Assembly: GCA_046262355.1 (NCBI GenBank)
Contig: JBHEMX010000092.1
Location: 677-64,676, forward strand
Direction of reading: 5' to 3'
From: Actinomycetota bacterium
GTDB lineage: Bacteria > Actinomycetota > CADDZG01 > WHSQ01
DNA length: 64,000 bases
A program made the translations under genes and the position numbers. Below, in pieces: positions 24,538 through 36,302 of the stretch (its first letter is position 1; each line of letters starts with the position of its first letter). Under the pieces are notes generated by a model. It was given only the letters and a program-made list of their open reading frames with translations. It had not been told where the DNA came from and did no database searches.

Positions 24538-24906
24538 TGGTGGTCGCGTCCCTTGCGGGGGGCGCGCCGCGCGCGCAACGTGGGCGCTGAGAGGCGCAGC
24601 ATCAAGCCCGAGTTCGGTGAGCTTCGGCAGGCCCGGTCGCCCCGGGAACCGCCGGGGTCGGGGTTCCATCGCCGAACGCAAGCCGTCGAGAGGACACCCG
24701 GAGCCGGCAGACGTGGTCGTGCTCGTCTCGGGTCCGGCCCCTTATCTCGCGACGCGTCGGGAAAAAGCCTCGTCGTGGTCTCGATGGTTGAGCCGCGAGG
24801 GTCATAGAGAGGCGAGCTGCTGGGAGTCATTCCCTGAGTGGCCGTGAGCACGGATGCGACGGCGCAGAAGGCGTCGTCGATCGAGAAGAAGCGGGGAACG
24901 AGTTAG

Positions 24907-25278
24907 GTGCCGACAGTCCAGCAACTGGTCCGCCAGGGCCGGCAGAGCAAGCGGGAGAAGACGAAGTCCCCTGCCTTGAGGGGCTCGCCTCAGCGGCGTG
25001 GAGTGTGCACGCGCGTTTACACCCACACGCCCAAGAAGCCCAACTCCGCTCTACGCAAGGTCGCGCGCGTCCGTCTTTCCTCTGGCGTCGAGGTCACCGC
25101 CTACATCCCCGGGATCGGGCACAACCTCCAGGAGCACTCGATCGTGCTCGTGCGCGGCGGGCGCGTGAAGGACCTGCCGGGCGTGCGCTACAAGATCATC
25201 CGCGCCGCGCTCGACACCGCGGGCGTGCGGGACCGCCAGAACTCGCGCTCGAAGTACGGCGCCAAGAAGGGCGGATAG
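24907..25278 (+). CDS. rpsL: 30S ribosomal protein S12
   Basis: [14 protein letters not shown]...[22 protein letters not shown] start. Confidence 0.98.
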   Translation: MPTVQQLVRQGRQSKREKTKSPALRGSPQRRGVCTRVYTHTPKKPNSALRKVARVRLSSGVEVTAYIPGIGHNLQEHSIVLVRGGRVKDLPGVRYKIIRAALDTAGVRDRQNSRSKYGAKKGG

Positions 25279-25280
25279 CC

Positions 25281-25751
25281 ATGCCGAGAAAAGGGCCGGC
25301 GCCGCGCCGCCACATCATGGCGGACCCTGTCTACAACTCCGTGCTCGTAACGCAGATCCAGAACCGGATCATGACGCGCGGCAAGCGGACGCTGTCCGAG
25401 AGCATCGTCTACGACGCCCTCGGCAAGGTCGGCGATCGTACCGGCAAGGACCCGTTGCCCCTCCTCAAGAAGGCGGTGGACAACATCAAGCCGCTGCTCG
25501 AGGTGCGCTCTCGGCGCGTCGGAGGCGCGACGTACCAGGTGCCGGTCGAGGTTCCCCCCCGACGCGGCACGACGCTGGCGATCCGGTGGCTCGTGGGCTT
25601 CTCGCGCCGGCGCCGCGAGCGCAGCATGGCCGAGCGACTCGCAGGCGAGATCCTCGACGCGAGCGGCGGCACAGGCTCGGCGGTGAAGCGCCGAGAGGAC
25701 ATGCACAAGATGGCGGAGGCCAACAAGGCTTTCGCGCACTACAGATGGTGA
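25281..25751 (+). CDS. rpsG: 30S ribosomal protein S7
   Basis: ATG 25281, [20 protein letters not shown]...; within run-on ORF 25005..25751. Confidence 0.97.
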   Translation: MPRKGPAPRRHIMADPVYNSVLVTQIQNRIMTRGKRTLSESIVYDALGKVGDRTGKDPLPLLKKAVDNIKPLLEVRSRRVGGATYQVPVEVPPRRGTTLAIRWLVGFSRRRRERSMAERLAGEILDASGGTGSAVKRREDMHKMAEANKAFAHYRW

Positions 25752-25821
25752 TTACCCGGCGAGTGGGTGAGAGATCCCGTATGTGGCAACTCACCACCCA
25801 CTCGGCGCCTGAAGGAGACGT

Positions 25822-27996
25822 ATGGCTGAGGTAGCAGAGAAGCAAACGAGACAGGGCGGACGCCCGCAACTGCGGGAGTTGAAGGGCGGGCGCGGTCATG
25901 TGACGCGCGAGTACCCGCTCAACCGAACGCGCAACATCGGGATCATGGCCCACATCGACGCGGGCAAGACGACTACGACCGAGCGCATCCTGTACTACAC
26001 CGGGCGCACCTACAAGATCGGCGAGGTCCACGAGGGCGCCGCGGTCATGGACTGGATGATCCAGGAGCAGGAGCGCGGCATCACGATCACGTCTGCCGCG
26101 ACCACCGCGCACTGGAAGGGCTACTGGATCAACATCATCGACACGCCCGGCCACGTCGACTTCACCGTCGAGGTCGAGCGGAGCCTCCGTGTGCTCGACG
26201 GAGCGATCGCGGTCTTCGACGCGGTCGCCGGTGTCGAGCCGCAGTCGGAGACCGTGTGGCGTCAGGCCGATCGCTACAACGTGCCGCGCGTCTGCTTCGT
26301 CAACAAGATGGACCGCACCGGCGCCGACTTCTTCCGCACGGTCGACATGATCCGGAGCCGCCTCAACGGGACGCCCGTCGTCGTGCAGCTTCCGATCGGC
26401 AAGGAGGCCGACTTCCACGGCGTCGTCGACCTCGTCACGATGGTCGCCCACTACTGGCCGTCGGACGGGATGGGCGAGCAGTGGGAGGACCGCGACATCC
26501 CCGATCACCTGCGCGACCAGGCGGAGCGGTATCGCCACGACCTCATCGAGGCGCTCGCCGACCACGACGAAGGCATCATGGAGGCCTACGTCGGCGAGCA
26601 CGACATCGACGTCGACGAGATGCGACGGGCCCTCAGGCGGGCCACGATCGCCGGCGACATCACCCCGGTGCTGTGTGGTTCCGCGTTCAAGAACAAGGCC
26701 GTCCAGCCGCTGCTCGACTCGATCTGTTGGTATCTGCCGAGCCCGAGTGACCTCCCGCCGTACGAGGGCCGCATCCCGTCGACCGGTGAGGTCGTGGAGC
26801 GCAAGGCGGAGGACACCGATCCCTTCTCTGCGCTCGCGTTCAAGATCATGAGTGATCCCTACGTCGGCCGCCTCACCTATCTCAGGGTCTACTCGGGGAC
26901 ACTGCGCAGCGGCGACCAGGTGACGAACTCGACACGCGACCGCAAGGAGCGCGTCGGTCGCATCCTGCAGATGCACGCGAACCACCGAGAGGACAAAGAG
27001 GCGGTCTTCGCCGGCGACATCGTCGCGATCGTGGGGCTCAAGAACACGCTCACGGGGGACACGCTGTGCGATCCGAGCGAGCCCGTGCTGCTCGAGGAGA
27101 TGAGCTTCCCGGCGCCGGTGATCGATGTCGCGATCGAGCCCAAGTCCAAGGTCGACTCCGACAAGCTCGGCAACGCGCTGCAGCGGCTCTCTGAAGAGGA
27201 TCCGACGTTCCGGGTCCACACGGACGAGGACACGGGGCAGACCATCATCTCGGGGATGGGTGAGCTGCATCTCGAGGTGCTGGTCGATCGCCTCATCCGC
27301 GAGTTCAAGGTCGGCGCGAACGTAGGAAAGCCGCAGGTCGCCTATCGCGAGACCGTGCGCAACCCGATCCAGAAGGTCGAGACGCGCTACGTCAAGCAGA
27401 CGGGTGGTAAGGGTCAGTACGGCCATGCGGTGATCAACCTGGAGCCGACCGGCCCCGGCGGCGGATACGAGTTTGTCAACAAGATCACCGGCGGGAAGAT
27501 CCCGACCGAGTACATCCCGTCGGTCGACCAGGGCGTGCAGGAGGCGATGGCGTCGGGCGTGCTCGCGGGCTACCCCGTGGTCGACATACGGGTGACGCTC
27601 ACCGATGGCTCGTACCACGAGGTCGACTCGTCCGAGATGGCGTTCAAGATCACCGGCTCGATGGCGTTCAAGGAGGCGGCGCGCCGTGCGAAGCCCGTGC
27701 TGCTCGAGCCGATCTTCGACGTCGAGGTCGTGACACCCGAGGAGTACATGGGCGACGTGATCGGCGACCTCTCCAGCCGGCGAGGTCGCGTCGAGTCGAT
27801 GGACCAACGCGGCAGCGACCGCATCATCACGGCCCAGGTTCCACTGGCCGAGATGTTCGGCTACGCGACCGAGCTTCGTAGCCGTACCCAAGGTCGCGCC
27901 ACTTACACCATGCAGTTCAACTCGTACAAGGCAGTTCCTCAGTCGATCCAGGAAGAGGTCGTCGCGTCGGTTCGCGGTGAGCCGGTGGGCAAGTAG
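25822..27996 (+). CDS. fusA: elongation factor G (with about 26-aa N-terminal extension if ATG 25822 is used)
   Basis: [32 protein letters not shown]. Strong SD GAAGGAG before ATG 25822. GTG 25900 is a shorter alternative. Confidence 0.97.
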   Translation: MAEVAEKQTRQGGRPQLRELKGGRGHVTREYPLNRTRNIGIMAHIDAGKTTTTERILYYTGRTYKIGEVHEGAAVMDWMIQEQERGITITSAATTAHWKGYWINIIDTPGHVDFTVEVERSLRVLDGAIAVFDAVAGVEPQSETVWRQADRYNVPRVCFVNKMDRTGADFFRTVDMIRSRLNGTPVVVQLPIGKEADFHGVVDLVTMVAHYWPSDGMGEQWEDRDIPDHLRDQAERYRHDLIEALADHDEGIMEAYVGEHDIDVDEMRRALRRATIAGDITPVLCGSAFKNKAVQPLLDSICWYLPSPSDLPPYEGRIPSTGEVVERKAEDTDPFSALAFKIMSDPYVGRLTYLRVYSGTLRSGDQVTNSTRDRKERVGRILQMHANHREDKEAVFAGDIVAIVGLKNTLTGDTLCDPSEPVLLEEMSFPAPVIDVAIEPKSKVDSDKLGNALQRLSEEDPTFRVHTDEDTGQTIISGMGELHLEVLVDRLIREFKVGANVGKPQVAYRETVRNPIQKVETRYVKQTGGKGQYGHAVINLEPTGPGGGYEFVNKITGGKIPTEYIPSVDQGVQEAMASGVLAGYPVVDIRVTLTDGSYHEVDSSEMAFKITGSMAFKEAARRAKPVLLEPIFDVEVVTPEEYMGDVIGDLSSRRGRVESMDQRGSDRIITAQVPLAEMFGYATELRSRTQGRATYTMQFNSYKAVPQSIQEEVVASVRGEPVGK

Positions 27997-28010
27997 GAGA
28001 AGGAGAGACG

Positions 28011-29201
28011 ATGGCCAAGCAGAAGTTCGAGCGCAACAAGCCGCACGTGAACATCGGGACCATGGGTCATATCGACCATGGCAAGACGACGTTGACGGCG
28101 GCGATCACCAAGGTGCTCGCGGAGCGCAATCCGAACGTATCCTTCACGCCCTTCGACAAGATCGACAAGGCGCCGGAAGAGCGCGAGCGCGGTATCACGA
28201 TCGCCATCGCGCACGTCGAGTACGAGACCGAGAACCGGCACTACGCCCACGTCGACATGCCGGGGCATGCCGACTACATCAAGAACATGATCACCGGCGC
28301 CGCCCAGATCGACGGGGCGATCCTGGTCGTCTCGGCGGCCGACGGTCCGATGCCCCAGACGCGCGAGCACGTCCTCCTTGCTCGCCAGGTGAACGTCCCG
28401 TACATCGTCGTCGCCCTCAACAAGGTCGACATGGTCGATGACCCAGAGCTGCTCGACCTGGTCGAGCTCGAGGTGCGCGAGCTGCTCACCGAGTACGAGT
28501 TTCCCGGCGACGACGTCCCGGTCGTGAGGGTTTCCGCCCTCAAGGCGCTCGACGGCGACGCCGAGGCTGCGGACGGGATCGTCGAGCTCATGAATGCGGC
28601 CGACGAGTACATCCCAGAGCCGGAGCGCGACACCGCCAAGCCGTTCCTCATGCCGATCGAGGACGTCTTCACGATCACCGGCCGTGGAACCGTCGTGACC
28701 GGCCGCGTCGAGCAGGGTCAGCTCAAGCTCGGCGAGGAGATCGACATCATCGGGATCGAGAGGGCTACGAAGAAGACGGTCGTCACCGGCATCGAGATGT
28801 TCCGCAAGATGCTCGACGAGGCACAGGCTGGAGACAATGCCGGCATCCTGCTGCGAGGCATCAAGAAGGACGATGTGCAGCGCGGCCAGGTGCTTGCGAA
28901 GCCAGGCTCGGTGACGCCGCACACGAGGTTCCAGGCACAGGTCTACATCCTGTCCAAGGACGAAGGCGGACGGCACACACCTTTCTTCAACAACTATCGC
29001 CCTCAGTTCTACTTCCGAACCACGGACGTGACGGGTTCGGTCAATCTCCCCGGCGGCACCGAGATGGTCATGCCGGGCGACAACACCGAGATGACGGCCG
29101 AGCTGATCCAGCCGATCGCGATGGACGAGGGTCTCCGCTTCGCCATCCGCGAGGGCGGTCGCACCGTCGGCGCCGGTCGAGTGACCAAGATCATCGAGTA
29201 G
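28011..29201 (+). CDS. tuf: elongation factor Tu
   Basis: [44 protein letters not shown]. Confidence 0.99.
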   Translation: MAKQKFERNKPHVNIGTMGHIDHGKTTLTAAITKVLAERNPNVSFTPFDKIDKAPEERERGITIAIAHVEYETENRHYAHVDMPGHADYIKNMITGAAQIDGAILVVSAADGPMPQTREHVLLARQVNVPYIVVALNKVDMVDDPELLDLVELEVRELLTEYEFPGDDVPVVRVSALKALDGDAEAADGIVELMNAADEYIPEPERDTAKPFLMPIEDVFTITGRGTVVTGRVEQGQLKLGEEIDIIGIERATKKTVVTGIEMFRKMLDEAQAGDNAGILLRGIKKDDVQRGQVLAKPGSVTPHTRFQAQVYILSKDEGGRHTPFFNNYRPQFYFRTTDVTGSVNLPGGTEMVMPGDNTEMTAELIQPIAMDEGLRFAIREGGRTVGAGRVTKIIE

Positions 29202-29217
29202 AGGGCGGACGAGAGCG

Positions 29218-29529
29218 GTGGCGACGGGGATGAAGATCAGGATCCGGCTCAAGGCCTATGACCACGAGGTCATCGACCAATCGGCGCGCAAGATCGTCGA
29301 AACGGTGACCCGCACGGGCGCGAGCGTCAACGGTCCGATCCCTCTGCCGACGGAGCGCTCCGTCTACACGGTCATCCGCTCGCCGCACAAGGACAAGGAC
29401 TCGCGCGAGCACTTCGAGATGCGTACACACAAGAGGATCCTGGACATCGTGAATCCGACGCCGAAGACTGTCGACTCGCTTCAGCGGCTCGACCTTCCCG
29501 CCGGTGTCGACATCGAGCTCAAGCTGTAG
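29218..29529 (+). CDS. rpsJ: 30S ribosomal protein S10
   Basis: [28 protein letters not shown] 29218 or ATG 29230. Confidence 0.97.
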   Translation: MATGMKIRIRLKAYDHEVIDQSARKIVETVTRTGASVNGPIPLPTERSVYTVIRSPHKDKDSREHFEMRTHKRILDIVNPTPKTVDSLQRLDLPAGVDIELKL

Positions 29530-29558
29530 GCTAGAGAGAGACGAGGGAACAAGCATCC

Positions 29559-30221
29559 ATGGCGGGTAGAAAAGGCATCCTGGGGCGCAAGATCGGGATG
29601 ACCCAGGTCTTCGACGACGGCGGGCATGCCGTGCCCGTGACGGTGATCGAGGCCGGGCCGTGCCGCGTCGCTCAGGTCAAGACGCTCGAGAAGGACGGTT
29701 ACGCCGCGGTGCAGCTTGCCATCGGTGTGCGCCGGCGCGCCTCCAAGCCGCTCGCCGGCCACTTCGCCAAGAATGGCCTCGATCCGGCGCAGCACGTCGT
29801 CGAGATGCGTGTCGACGACGTGTCCAGCATCGATGCCAGCGCCGAGATCAAAGCCGACGTCTTCGAGCCGGGAGAGATCGTCGACGTCATCGGTGTGACC
29901 AAGGGCAAGGGCTTCGCCGGCGCCATGAAGCGCCACAACTTCAAGGGACTCAGCGCGAGCCATGGAACCGAGCGCAAGCATCGCTCACCCGGTTCGATCG
30001 GCGCGTGCGCAACCCCTGCGCGCGTCTTCAAGGGTACGCGCATGGCCGGCCACCTCGGCCACGCGCGCGTAACCACGCTCAACCTCAGGATCATCAAGGC
30101 CGACCCGGAGCGCAACCTGCTGCTCATCCGCGGAGCGGTTCCCGGTCCCAAGGGCGGGCTCGTGATGATCCGCTCCTCGGTTCGCGAGCGCCAGCGGGAA
30201 GCCGGAAAGAGAGCGGGCTAG
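29559..30221 (+). CDS. rplC: 50S ribosomal protein L3
   Basis: [30 protein letters not shown]. Confidence 0.97.
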   Translation: MAGRKGILGRKIGMTQVFDDGGHAVPVTVIEAGPCRVAQVKTLEKDGYAAVQLAIGVRRRASKPLAGHFAKNGLDPAQHVVEMRVDDVSSIDASAEIKADVFEPGEIVDVIGVTKGKGFAGAMKRHNFKGLSASHGTERKHRSPGSIGACATPARVFKGTRMAGHLGHARVTTLNLRIIKADPERNLLLIRGAVPGPKGGLVMIRSSVRERQREAGKRAG

Positions 30222-30254
30222 TGGTCCGCCGGGTAAGTAACGGCAGCACCGAGA

Positions 30255-30326
30255 GCGTTCCTGCGCGCCGAGGGCAAGGCGCGAGGAGTCGAGCGTACCT
30301 GGAGGTACGTGAGCGACGAGGAACGC
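30255..30326 (+). promoter_or_regulatory. nested inverted repeats in the unusually long rplC-rplD spacer (candidate cis-regulatory RNA)
   Basis: Outer helix GCGTTCCT (30255-30262) / AGGAACGC (30319-30326) encloses CGCGCC (30264-30269) / GGCGCG (30278-30283) and CGTACCT (30294-30300) / AGGTACG (30303-30309). Confidence 0.3.
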
Positions 30327-30384
30327 AGCCATCGGTGATGCAGGGGCGCTCGAATGCGTCGGTGATTTACGCGGTGGGGCACTA

Positions 30385-31017
30385 GTGGTCGGCATCAACG
30401 TCATCGATGCATCGGGCCGGGTAACGGGACGGCGCGAGCTTCCCGATGAGCTCTTCGGCGGCGAAGTCAACGAGGCGGTTCTCCACCAGGTTGTCACCGC
30501 GCAGCTGGCCGCGGCGCGCTCCGGCACCGCGTCTACCAAGACGCGCGCGCAGGTGCGCGGCGGCGGCCAGAAGCCGTGGCGCCAGAAGGGCACGGGCCGC
30601 GCCCGGCATGGCTCGACGCGCAGCCCCATATGGGTCGGCGGAGGCGTCGTGTTCGGACCCAAGCCGCGCGACCACTCGGTGCGCGTCAACAAGAAGATGC
30701 GCAAGGCGGCGCTGCGCGGCGCGCTGGCGAGCAAGGTGGCCGACGGCGCGGTGTGGGTGCTCGACGGATTCGACGACATCAAGACCAAGGCCGCGGCCGC
30801 GTGCCTTGCCGCGGCGGATGTGTCGGGACGCGTGCTGATCGTGCTCGATCCGAACGACTCCGATGCACCGTCCGTGGATCGCGCCTTCCGCAACCTCGAC
30901 AAGGTTGCGTTCTCGCTCTACGGAGCGCTGTCGACCTACGATGTGCTGGTCGCCGACGCCATCCTGTTCACTTCGAGCGCAGTCGACGCCTATACCGGAA
31001 AGGACTCAGGCGGATGA
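30385..31017 (+). CDS. rplD: 50S ribosomal protein L4
   Basis: [41 protein letters not shown] 30385 is the first start codon in this frame after a TGA at 30310-30312. Confidence 0.95.
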   Translation: MVGINVIDASGRVTGRRELPDELFGGEVNEAVLHQVVTAQLAAARSGTASTKTRAQVRGGGQKPWRQKGTGRARHGSTRSPIWVGGGVVFGPKPRDHSVRVNKKMRKAALRGALASKVADGAVWVLDGFDDIKTKAAAACLAAADVSGRVLIVLDPNDSDAPSVDRAFRNLDKVAFSLYGALSTYDVLVADAILFTSSAVDAYTGKDSGG

Positions 31018-31319
31018 GCGGATCGACGAAGTCGGACGCGCGCGATGTCATCCTCGCCCCGGTCGTAAGCGAGAAGTCATATTCCTTGCTCGATCAGAAC
31101 ACCTACACGTTCATCGTGCATCCCAAGGCCAACAAGACTGAGATCCGAAAGGCCGTCGAGTCCATCTGGAACGTCTCGGTCGATAAGGTCAACACGATCA
31201 ACCGAAAGGGCAAGTCCAAGCAGTTCCGCCACGCGATGGGCCGCCGTCCGGACACGAAGCGAGCGATCGTCAAGCTCGCCGAAGGCGACCGGATCGAGAT
31301 CTTCGAGCAGCAGGCGTAG
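31014..31319 (+). CDS. rplW: 50S ribosomal protein L23
   Basis: ATG 31014 forms an ATGA overlap with the rplD stop. [39 protein letters not shown]. Confidence 0.96.
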   Translation: MSGSTKSDARDVILAPVVSEKSYSLLDQNTYTFIVHPKANKTEIRKAVESIWNVSVDKVNTINRKGKSKQFRHAMGRRPDTKRAIVKLAEGDRIEIFEQQA

Positions 31320-31329
31320 GGGGACAGCG

Positions 31330-32163
31330 ATGCCGATCCGCAAAGCCAAGCCAACCTCGCCGGCCAGGCGCTTCCAGACGTTCACCGACTTCCGCGAGGT
31401 GACGCGCACCGATCCCGAGAAGGGCCTGCTCGAGCCGAACCCGAAGAAGGCCGGACGCAACAGTTACGGTCGCATCACGTCGCGCCACCAGGGTGGAGGA
31501 ACCAAGCGCCGCTACCGCGTCGTCGACTTCCGCCGAAACAAGGATGGAGTGCGGGCCAAGGTCGCTCACGTCGAGTACGACCCGAACCGCAACGCGCGCC
31601 TCGCGCTGCTGCACTACGCGGACGGCGAGAAGCGATACATCCTGATGCCCAACCGGCTCAAGGTGGGCGACGTGATCCAGTCGGGGGCTTCCGCCGAGAT
31701 CAGGCCCGGCAATGCGCTACCGCTTCGCAACATCCCGGTCGGCACGGTCATCCACAACGTCGAGCTCAAGCCCGGCGCGGGTGGAAAGATGGCTCGCTCC
31801 GCCGGCTCGTCGGTGCAACTCGTCGCCAAGGAAGGCCGCATGGCGTCGCTCAGGCTCCCGTCGGGGGAGACGCGCCTGGTGGCGATGGACTGCCGGGCGA
31901 CGATCGGCGAGGTCGGCAATCCCGAGGCCGAGCTCGTCTCGATCGGCAAGGCGGGGCGCGCGCGCTGGAAGGGTCGTCGCCCCAAGGTCCGAGGTGTTGC
32001 CATGAACCCGGTCGATCACCCGCTCGGCGGCGGCGAGGGTAAGTCCTCGGGCGGACGCCACCCCACGAGCCCGTGGGGCAAGAAGGAGGGCCGCACGCGC
32101 AAGAAGAAGCCGTCGGACGCGCTCATCGTGCGGCGCCGGCGCAGCAAGAAGAGAGGCCGCTAG
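31330..32163 (+). CDS. rplB: 50S ribosomal protein L2
   Basis: [26 protein letters not shown]...[16 protein letters not shown]. Confidence 0.98.
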   Translation: MPIRKAKPTSPARRFQTFTDFREVTRTDPEKGLLEPNPKKAGRNSYGRITSRHQGGGTKRRYRVVDFRRNKDGVRAKVAHVEYDPNRNARLALLHYADGEKRYILMPNRLKVGDVIQSGASAEIRPGNALPLRNIPVGTVIHNVELKPGAGGKMARSAGSSVQLVAKEGRMASLRLPSGETRLVAMDCRATIGEVGNPEAELVSIGKAGRARWKGRRPKVRGVAMNPVDHPLGGGEGKSSGGRHPTSPWGKKEGRTRKKKPSDALIVRRRRSKKRGR

Positions 32164-32194
32164 ATGGACGACAGCCTTACCAGGAGGTCCATTA

Positions 32195-32479
32195 GTGCCC
32201 CGTAGCTTGAAGAAGGGTCCGTTCGTCGACGATCACCTGCTGGTCAAGGTCGTCGAGATGAACAACCGCAACGAGAAGCGTGTGATCAAGACATGGTCGC
32301 GGCGCTCGACGATCGTGCCGGAGATGATCGGACACACCCTCGCGGTGCACGACGGGCGCAAGCACGTACCCGTCTACATCACCGAGTCGATGATCGGTCA
32401 CAAGCTCGGGGAGTTCGCACCGACGCGTGCGTTCCGCACGCACGGCGGCTCGGCGGAGAGATCGACAAGGGTTAGGTGA
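32195..32479 (+). CDS. rpsS: 30S ribosomal protein S19
   Basis: [19 protein letters not shown]...[23 protein letters not shown]. Confidence 0.98.
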   Translation: MPRSLKKGPFVDDHLLVKVVEMNNRNEKRVIKTWSRRSTIVPEMIGHTLAVHDGRKHVPVYITESMIGHKLGEFAPTRAFRTHGGSAERSTRVR

Positions 32480-33012
32480 TGGCGAGGAAGATGGCGCCCG
32501 AGGCGCAAGAGGCGATCGCGACGGCGAGGTTCATCAGGATCTCGCCGACCAAGGCGCGCCAGGTCGTGGACCTGATCCGCGCCCGGCACGTCGACGACGC
32601 GCGGCGCGTGCTCAGATTCTCCGAGCGGTCGGCGTCCACGCCCGTCGGCAAGGTCCTGGAGTCGGCGATCGCCAATGCCGAGCACAACCGCGGCCTGCCC
32701 GCCGACGAGCTCGTCGTTGCCCGGGCGTGGGTCGACGAAGGCCCCACGCTGCGCCGGTACCGGCCTCGGGCCCTCGGGCGCGCGACGCGCATCAGAAAGC
32801 GCACCTGCCACATCTCGATCGTGGTGGGAAGGACCGAGGACGCGAGCGACTCCAGGCCCGAAGCAGCTCCTCGGCGCGAGCGGCGCGCCCGCCGAGCGAG
32901 CGGGACGGAGGGCGCCGACGCGGCCGCGAGCCCCGCGACCGAGGCGGCTCCGGAGGCCACCTCGCGCACCGAAGAGATGGATAGGCACGCAGCGAACGAG
33001 AGGGAGTCATAG
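32476..33012 (+). CDS. rplV: 50S ribosomal protein L22 with extended C-terminal tail
   Basis: [20 protein letters not shown]...[13 protein letters not shown], then about 55 aa of Ala/Glu/Arg-rich tail. GTGA overlap with rpsS; ATG 32479 is an alternative. Confidence 0.95.
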   Translation: MMARKMAPEAQEAIATARFIRISPTKARQVVDLIRARHVDDARRVLRFSERSASTPVGKVLESAIANAEHNRGLPADELVVARAWVDEGPTLRRYRPRALGRATRIRKRTCHISIVVGRTEDASDSRPEAAPRRERRARRASGTEGADAAASPATEAAPEATSRTEEMDRHAANERES

Positions 33013-33016
33013 AGCG

Positions 33017-33940
33017 ATGGGTCAGAAGGTTCACCCCTACGGCTTCCGCCTCGGCATCCACACCGACTGGAAGTCGCGCTGGTTCAGCGAGAAGCAGTAC
33101 CGCGAGTACCTCGAGGCGGACCTGCGCATCAGGGAGTACCTGCTCGGCGAGCTCCCGCATGCAGGCATCAGCCGGGTGGACATCGAGCGGACGCGCGAGC
33201 GTGTGCGCATCGATGCGCACACGGCGCGCCCCGGCATCGTGATCGGACGGCGCGGTTCCGAGGCCGAGAGGCTGCGCTCCCGCCTCGAGTACATGGAGCA
33301 GAAGATCTACGGCAAGCCCGTGGACGTGCGCCTCAACATCATCGAGGTCAAGCAGCCGGAGCTTGACGCGCAGCTCATCGCCCAGGGCATAGCGGAACAG
33401 CTCGCCAGCCGGGTGTCGTTCCGGCGGGCGATGAAGAAGGCGGTCGGAACCTCGATGCGCCACGGGGCGAAAGGCATCCGCGTTCAGTGCGGGGGACGGC
33501 TGGGCGGCGCCGAGATGAGCCGCACCGAGTGGTACATCGATGGGCAGATGCCGCTGCACACCCTGCGCGCGGACATCGATTACGGCTTCGCCGAGGCGCG
33601 CACGACCTTTGGGCGCATCGGCTGCAAGGTGTGGATCTATCGGGGGCCGTTCCAAGACCTCTATGCGTCGGCGCGCGACGCGGCGCGCCTGCGCCGGGAG
33701 GCCGCGCTTGCAGCGGGCGAGACCGTTGGGCGCGGCGCCGAGGAGCGCGCGGGCCGGGCACCGCGGCGCGACTCGAACATCGCTCGCCGGCCACAAGGAC
33801 CGCCCGCGGATGCGGCGTTGGGCAAGTCGTCGTCGAGCCCTCTCCCGAGGGAGGACCCGGTCAAGAAGGGGACGCCCTCGGCGGACGCGACCGGTGCGAC
33901 CCCGGCAGATGTGGACCACAGCCGGGAGGGTGGTGCATAG
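33017..33940 (+). CDS. rpsC: 30S ribosomal protein S3 with extended C-terminal tail
   Basis: ATG 33017, [23 protein letters not shown]...; about 90 aa of low-complexity C-terminus. Confidence 0.96.
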   Translation: MGQKVHPYGFRLGIHTDWKSRWFSEKQYREYLEADLRIREYLLGELPHAGISRVDIERTRERVRIDAHTARPGIVIGRRGSEAERLRSRLEYMEQKIYGKPVDVRLNIIEVKQPELDAQLIAQGIAEQLASRVSFRRAMKKAVGTSMRHGAKGIRVQCGGRLGGAEMSRTEWYIDGQMPLHTLRADIDYGFAEARTTFGRIGCKVWIYRGPFQDLYASARDAARLRREAALAAGETVGRGAEERAGRAPRRDSNIARRPQGPPADAALGKSSSSPLPREDPVKKGTPSADATGATPADVDHSREGGA

Positions 33941-33941
33941 C

Positions 33942-34367
33942 GTGCTGCAGCCGCGCAAGACCAAGCACCGCAAACAGCATCGTGGCCGCATGCGCGGTCG
34001 GGCGAAGGGCGGCACGACCGTCAACTTCGGCGACTTCGGGCTGATGGCGCTCGAGCCGGGGTGGATCTCGAACCGCCAGATCGAGGCGGCTCGTATCGCC
34101 ATGACGCGACACATCCGTCGCGGCGGCAAGGTGTGGATAAACATCTTTCCCGACAAGCCGGTCACGAAGAAGCCGGCGGAGACCCGCATGGGCTCGGGCA
34201 AGGGCAATCCGGAGGCATGGGTCGCCGTCGTGAAGCCCGGGCGCGTGATGTTCGAGCTTGCCGGCGTGCCGGAGCCACTGGCGCGCGAGGCCATCCGGCT
34301 CGCCGCTCACAAGCTTCCGGTGAAGTGCAGGTTCGTCGCTCGCGAGCAGACGATGGAGGTGCAGTGA
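33942..34367 (+). CDS. rplP: 50S ribosomal protein L16
   Basis: GTG 33942, (M)[18 protein letters not shown]...[20 protein letters not shown]. Confidence 0.97.
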   Translation: MLQPRKTKHRKQHRGRMRGRAKGGTTVNFGDFGLMALEPGWISNRQIEAARIAMTRHIRRGGKVWINIFPDKPVTKKPAETRMGSGKGNPEAWVAVVKPGRVMFELAGVPEPLAREAIRLAAHKLPVKCRFVAREQTMEVQ

Positions 34368-34582
34368 TGGCCACGGCGTCTGAGATCCGGGATCTCTCCG
34401 ACGACGAGCTCGAGGTGCGGCTCACGGAGACCAAGGAGGAGCTCTTCAACCTCCGTTTCCAGAACGCGACGGGACAGCTCGACAACTATCGGCGTCTCGC
34501 GCTGTTGCGCAAGGATGTCGCTCGCATCAACACGATCATGCGCGAGCGCCAGCTTGTGCAAGAAGCGGGAGGTGAAGTATGA
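34367..34582 (+). CDS. rpmC: 50S ribosomal protein L29
   Basis: ATG 34367 overlaps the rplP stop by 1 nt. [16 protein letters not shown]. Confidence 0.95.
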   Translation: MATASEIRDLSDDELEVRLTETKEELFNLRFQNATGQLDNYRRLALLRKDVARINTIMRERQLVQEAGGEV

Positions 34583-34857
34583 GCATGGCGGAGACGAGCA
34601 TCTCCGAGCGTGGCAAGCGCAAGGCGCGCATGGGGCGCGTCGTGTCCGATGCGATGGACAAGACCGTCGTCGTGGAGGTGCGCGACGCCACGGCGCATCG
34701 AACGTACGGAAAGATCGTGCGTAGAAGCAAGCGACTCAAGGCGCACGACGAGGGCAATGAAGCGGCGATCGGCGACACCGTCCGGATCGCGGAGACGCGA
34801 CCGATGGCGAAGAGCAAGCGCTGGCGCGTCGTGGAGATAGTGGAAAAGGCGAAGTGA
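34579..34857 (+). CDS. rpsQ: 30S ribosomal protein S17
   Basis: [21 protein letters not shown]...[20 protein letters not shown] overlap. Confidence 0.97.
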   Translation: MSMAETSISERGKRKARMGRVVSDAMDKTVVVEVRDATAHRTYGKIVRRSKRLKAHDEGNEAAIGDTVRIAETRPMAKSKRWRVVEIVEKAK

Positions 34858-35222
34858 TACAGCAGGAAACGAGATGCCGTGTGGCCGACAACACGGGCGC
34901 GCGCGAGGTCCTTGTCATCAAGGTCCTCGGCGGCTCGAGACGGCGCTACGCGGGCATCGGCGACGTCGTCGTGTGCACCGTCAAGGATGCGATCCCGGGT
35001 GCCGGCGTCAAGCGCTCCGAGGTCGTCAAGGCGGTGGTCGTGCGGACCGCGAAGGAACGTCGCCGGGGCGACGGCTCCTACATCCGCTTCGACGACAACG
35101 CCGTCGTGATCGTGGACAACCAGATGCAGCCGCGCGGGACGCGCATCTTCGGCCCCGTGGCGCGCGAGCTGAGGGAGAAGCGGTTCATGAGGATCGTATC
35201 CCTGGCGCCGGAGGTGTTGTAG
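34854..35222 (+). CDS. rplN: 50S ribosomal protein L14
   Basis: [32 protein letters not shown] overlap. Confidence 0.98.
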   Translation: MIQQETRCRVADNTGAREVLVIKVLGGSRRRYAGIGDVVVCTVKDAIPGAGVKRSEVVKAVVVRTAKERRRGDGSYIRFDDNAVVIVDNQMQPRGTRIFGPVARELREKRFMRIVSLAPEVL

Positions 35223-35542
35223 TGGCAGCAAGGGTCAGGAAGGGCGACGAGGTGGCCGTGATCGCCGGCAAGGATCTCGGTGTGCGCGGACGCGTGCTGG
35301 AGGTCGACCCTCGCAAGGGGCGTGTCCTCGTCGAGGGCGTCAACCGCGTCACGCGACACGAGAAGATCCGCATGAACAGGCGGGGCGGCCAGGAAGGCGG
35401 CATCGCGCACAAGGAGGCGCACGTCGACATCTCCAACGTGGCGCTCGTGTGCCCGACCGACGGTCCGACGCGCGTAGGCGCGCGAGTGGACGCATCGGGG
35501 GCCAAGGCGCGCGTATGTGTCAAGTGCGGGACGGAGCTCTAG
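35222..35542 (+). CDS. rplX: 50S ribosomal protein L24
   Basis: GTG 35222. [24 protein letters not shown] (KOW). Confidence 0.95.
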   Translation: MAARVRKGDEVAVIAGKDLGVRGRVLEVDPRKGRVLVEGVNRVTRHEKIRMNRRGGQEGGIAHKEAHVDISNVALVCPTDGPTRVGARVDASGAKARVCVKCGTEL

Positions 35543-35544
35543 AG

Positions 35545-36102
35545 ATGACTTCCACCTACACCCCGAGGATGAAAGAGCGGTACCGCGACGAGCTGCGCGA
35601 GAAGCTCCGAGAGGAGCTCGGGCTGGGGAACATCATGGAGGTGCCGACGGTCGAGAAGATCGTGGTCAACATCGGCGTCGGCGAGGCGTCGCGTGACGCC
35701 AAGATGATGGACGGCGCGGTGCGCGATCTCACCACGATCACCGGCCAGAAGCCGGCGGTGCGACGTGCGCGCCGGTCGATAGCGACCTTCAAGATCCGTC
35801 AGGGGATGCCGATCGGGGCGGCCACGACGTTGAGGGGCGACCGCATGTGGGACTTCCTCGACCGCTTGCTCGCGGTCGTCCTGCCTCGCATACGCGACTT
35901 CCGGGGTCTGAATCCGGGGTCGTTCGACGGTGGCGGGAACTACAGCTTCGGAGTGACGGAGCAGCTCGTGTTCCCGGAGATCGACTACGACTCGATCGAT
36001 GCGACGCGCGGGATGAACATCACGATGGTTACCACGGCGGATGACGACGAACAGGGACGGGCTTTGCTGAGGGCACTCGGCTTCCCCTTCCAAGAGATCT
36101 GA
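35545..36102 (+). CDS. rplE: 50S ribosomal protein L5
   Basis: ATG 35545. [41 protein letters not shown]. Confidence 0.97.
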   Translation: MTSTYTPRMKERYRDELREKLREELGLGNIMEVPTVEKIVVNIGVGEASRDAKMMDGAVRDLTTITGQKPAVRRARRSIATFKIRQGMPIGAATTLRGDRMWDFLDRLLAVVLPRIRDFRGLNPGSFDGGGNYSFGVTEQLVFPEIDYDSIDATRGMNITMVTTADDDEQGRALLRALGFPFQEI

Positions 36103-36113
36103 GAGGTTCGACG

Positions 36114-36299
36114 ATGGCGAAGAAGGCTCTGCGCAACAAGGCGCAAGCGAAACCGAAGTTCAGGATGCGCGCTTACACCAGGTGTGTCCGATGCGGACGT
36201 TCACGCGCTGTGTACAAGCGCTTCGGGCTGTGCCGTCTCTGCTTCAGGGAGATGGCCCATACCGGAGAGATACCGGGTATCACGAAGGCGAGTTGGTGA
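36114..36299 (+). CDS. rpsN: 30S ribosomal protein S14, type Z (zinc-binding)
   Basis: 61 aa, CVRCGR...CRLCFRE, ends ITKASW. Confidence 0.96.
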   Translation: MAKKALRNKAQAKPKFRMRAYTRCVRCGRSRAVYKRFGLCRLCFREMAHTGEIPGITKASW

Positions 36300-36302
36300 G
36301 TC

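Noticed and set aside
24553-24807. 84-aa ORF in the rpoC-rpsL spacer
   Set aside because: The product is Arg/Gly/Pro-rich, there is no SD, and the codon pattern is poor. The region is treated as an untranslated leader.
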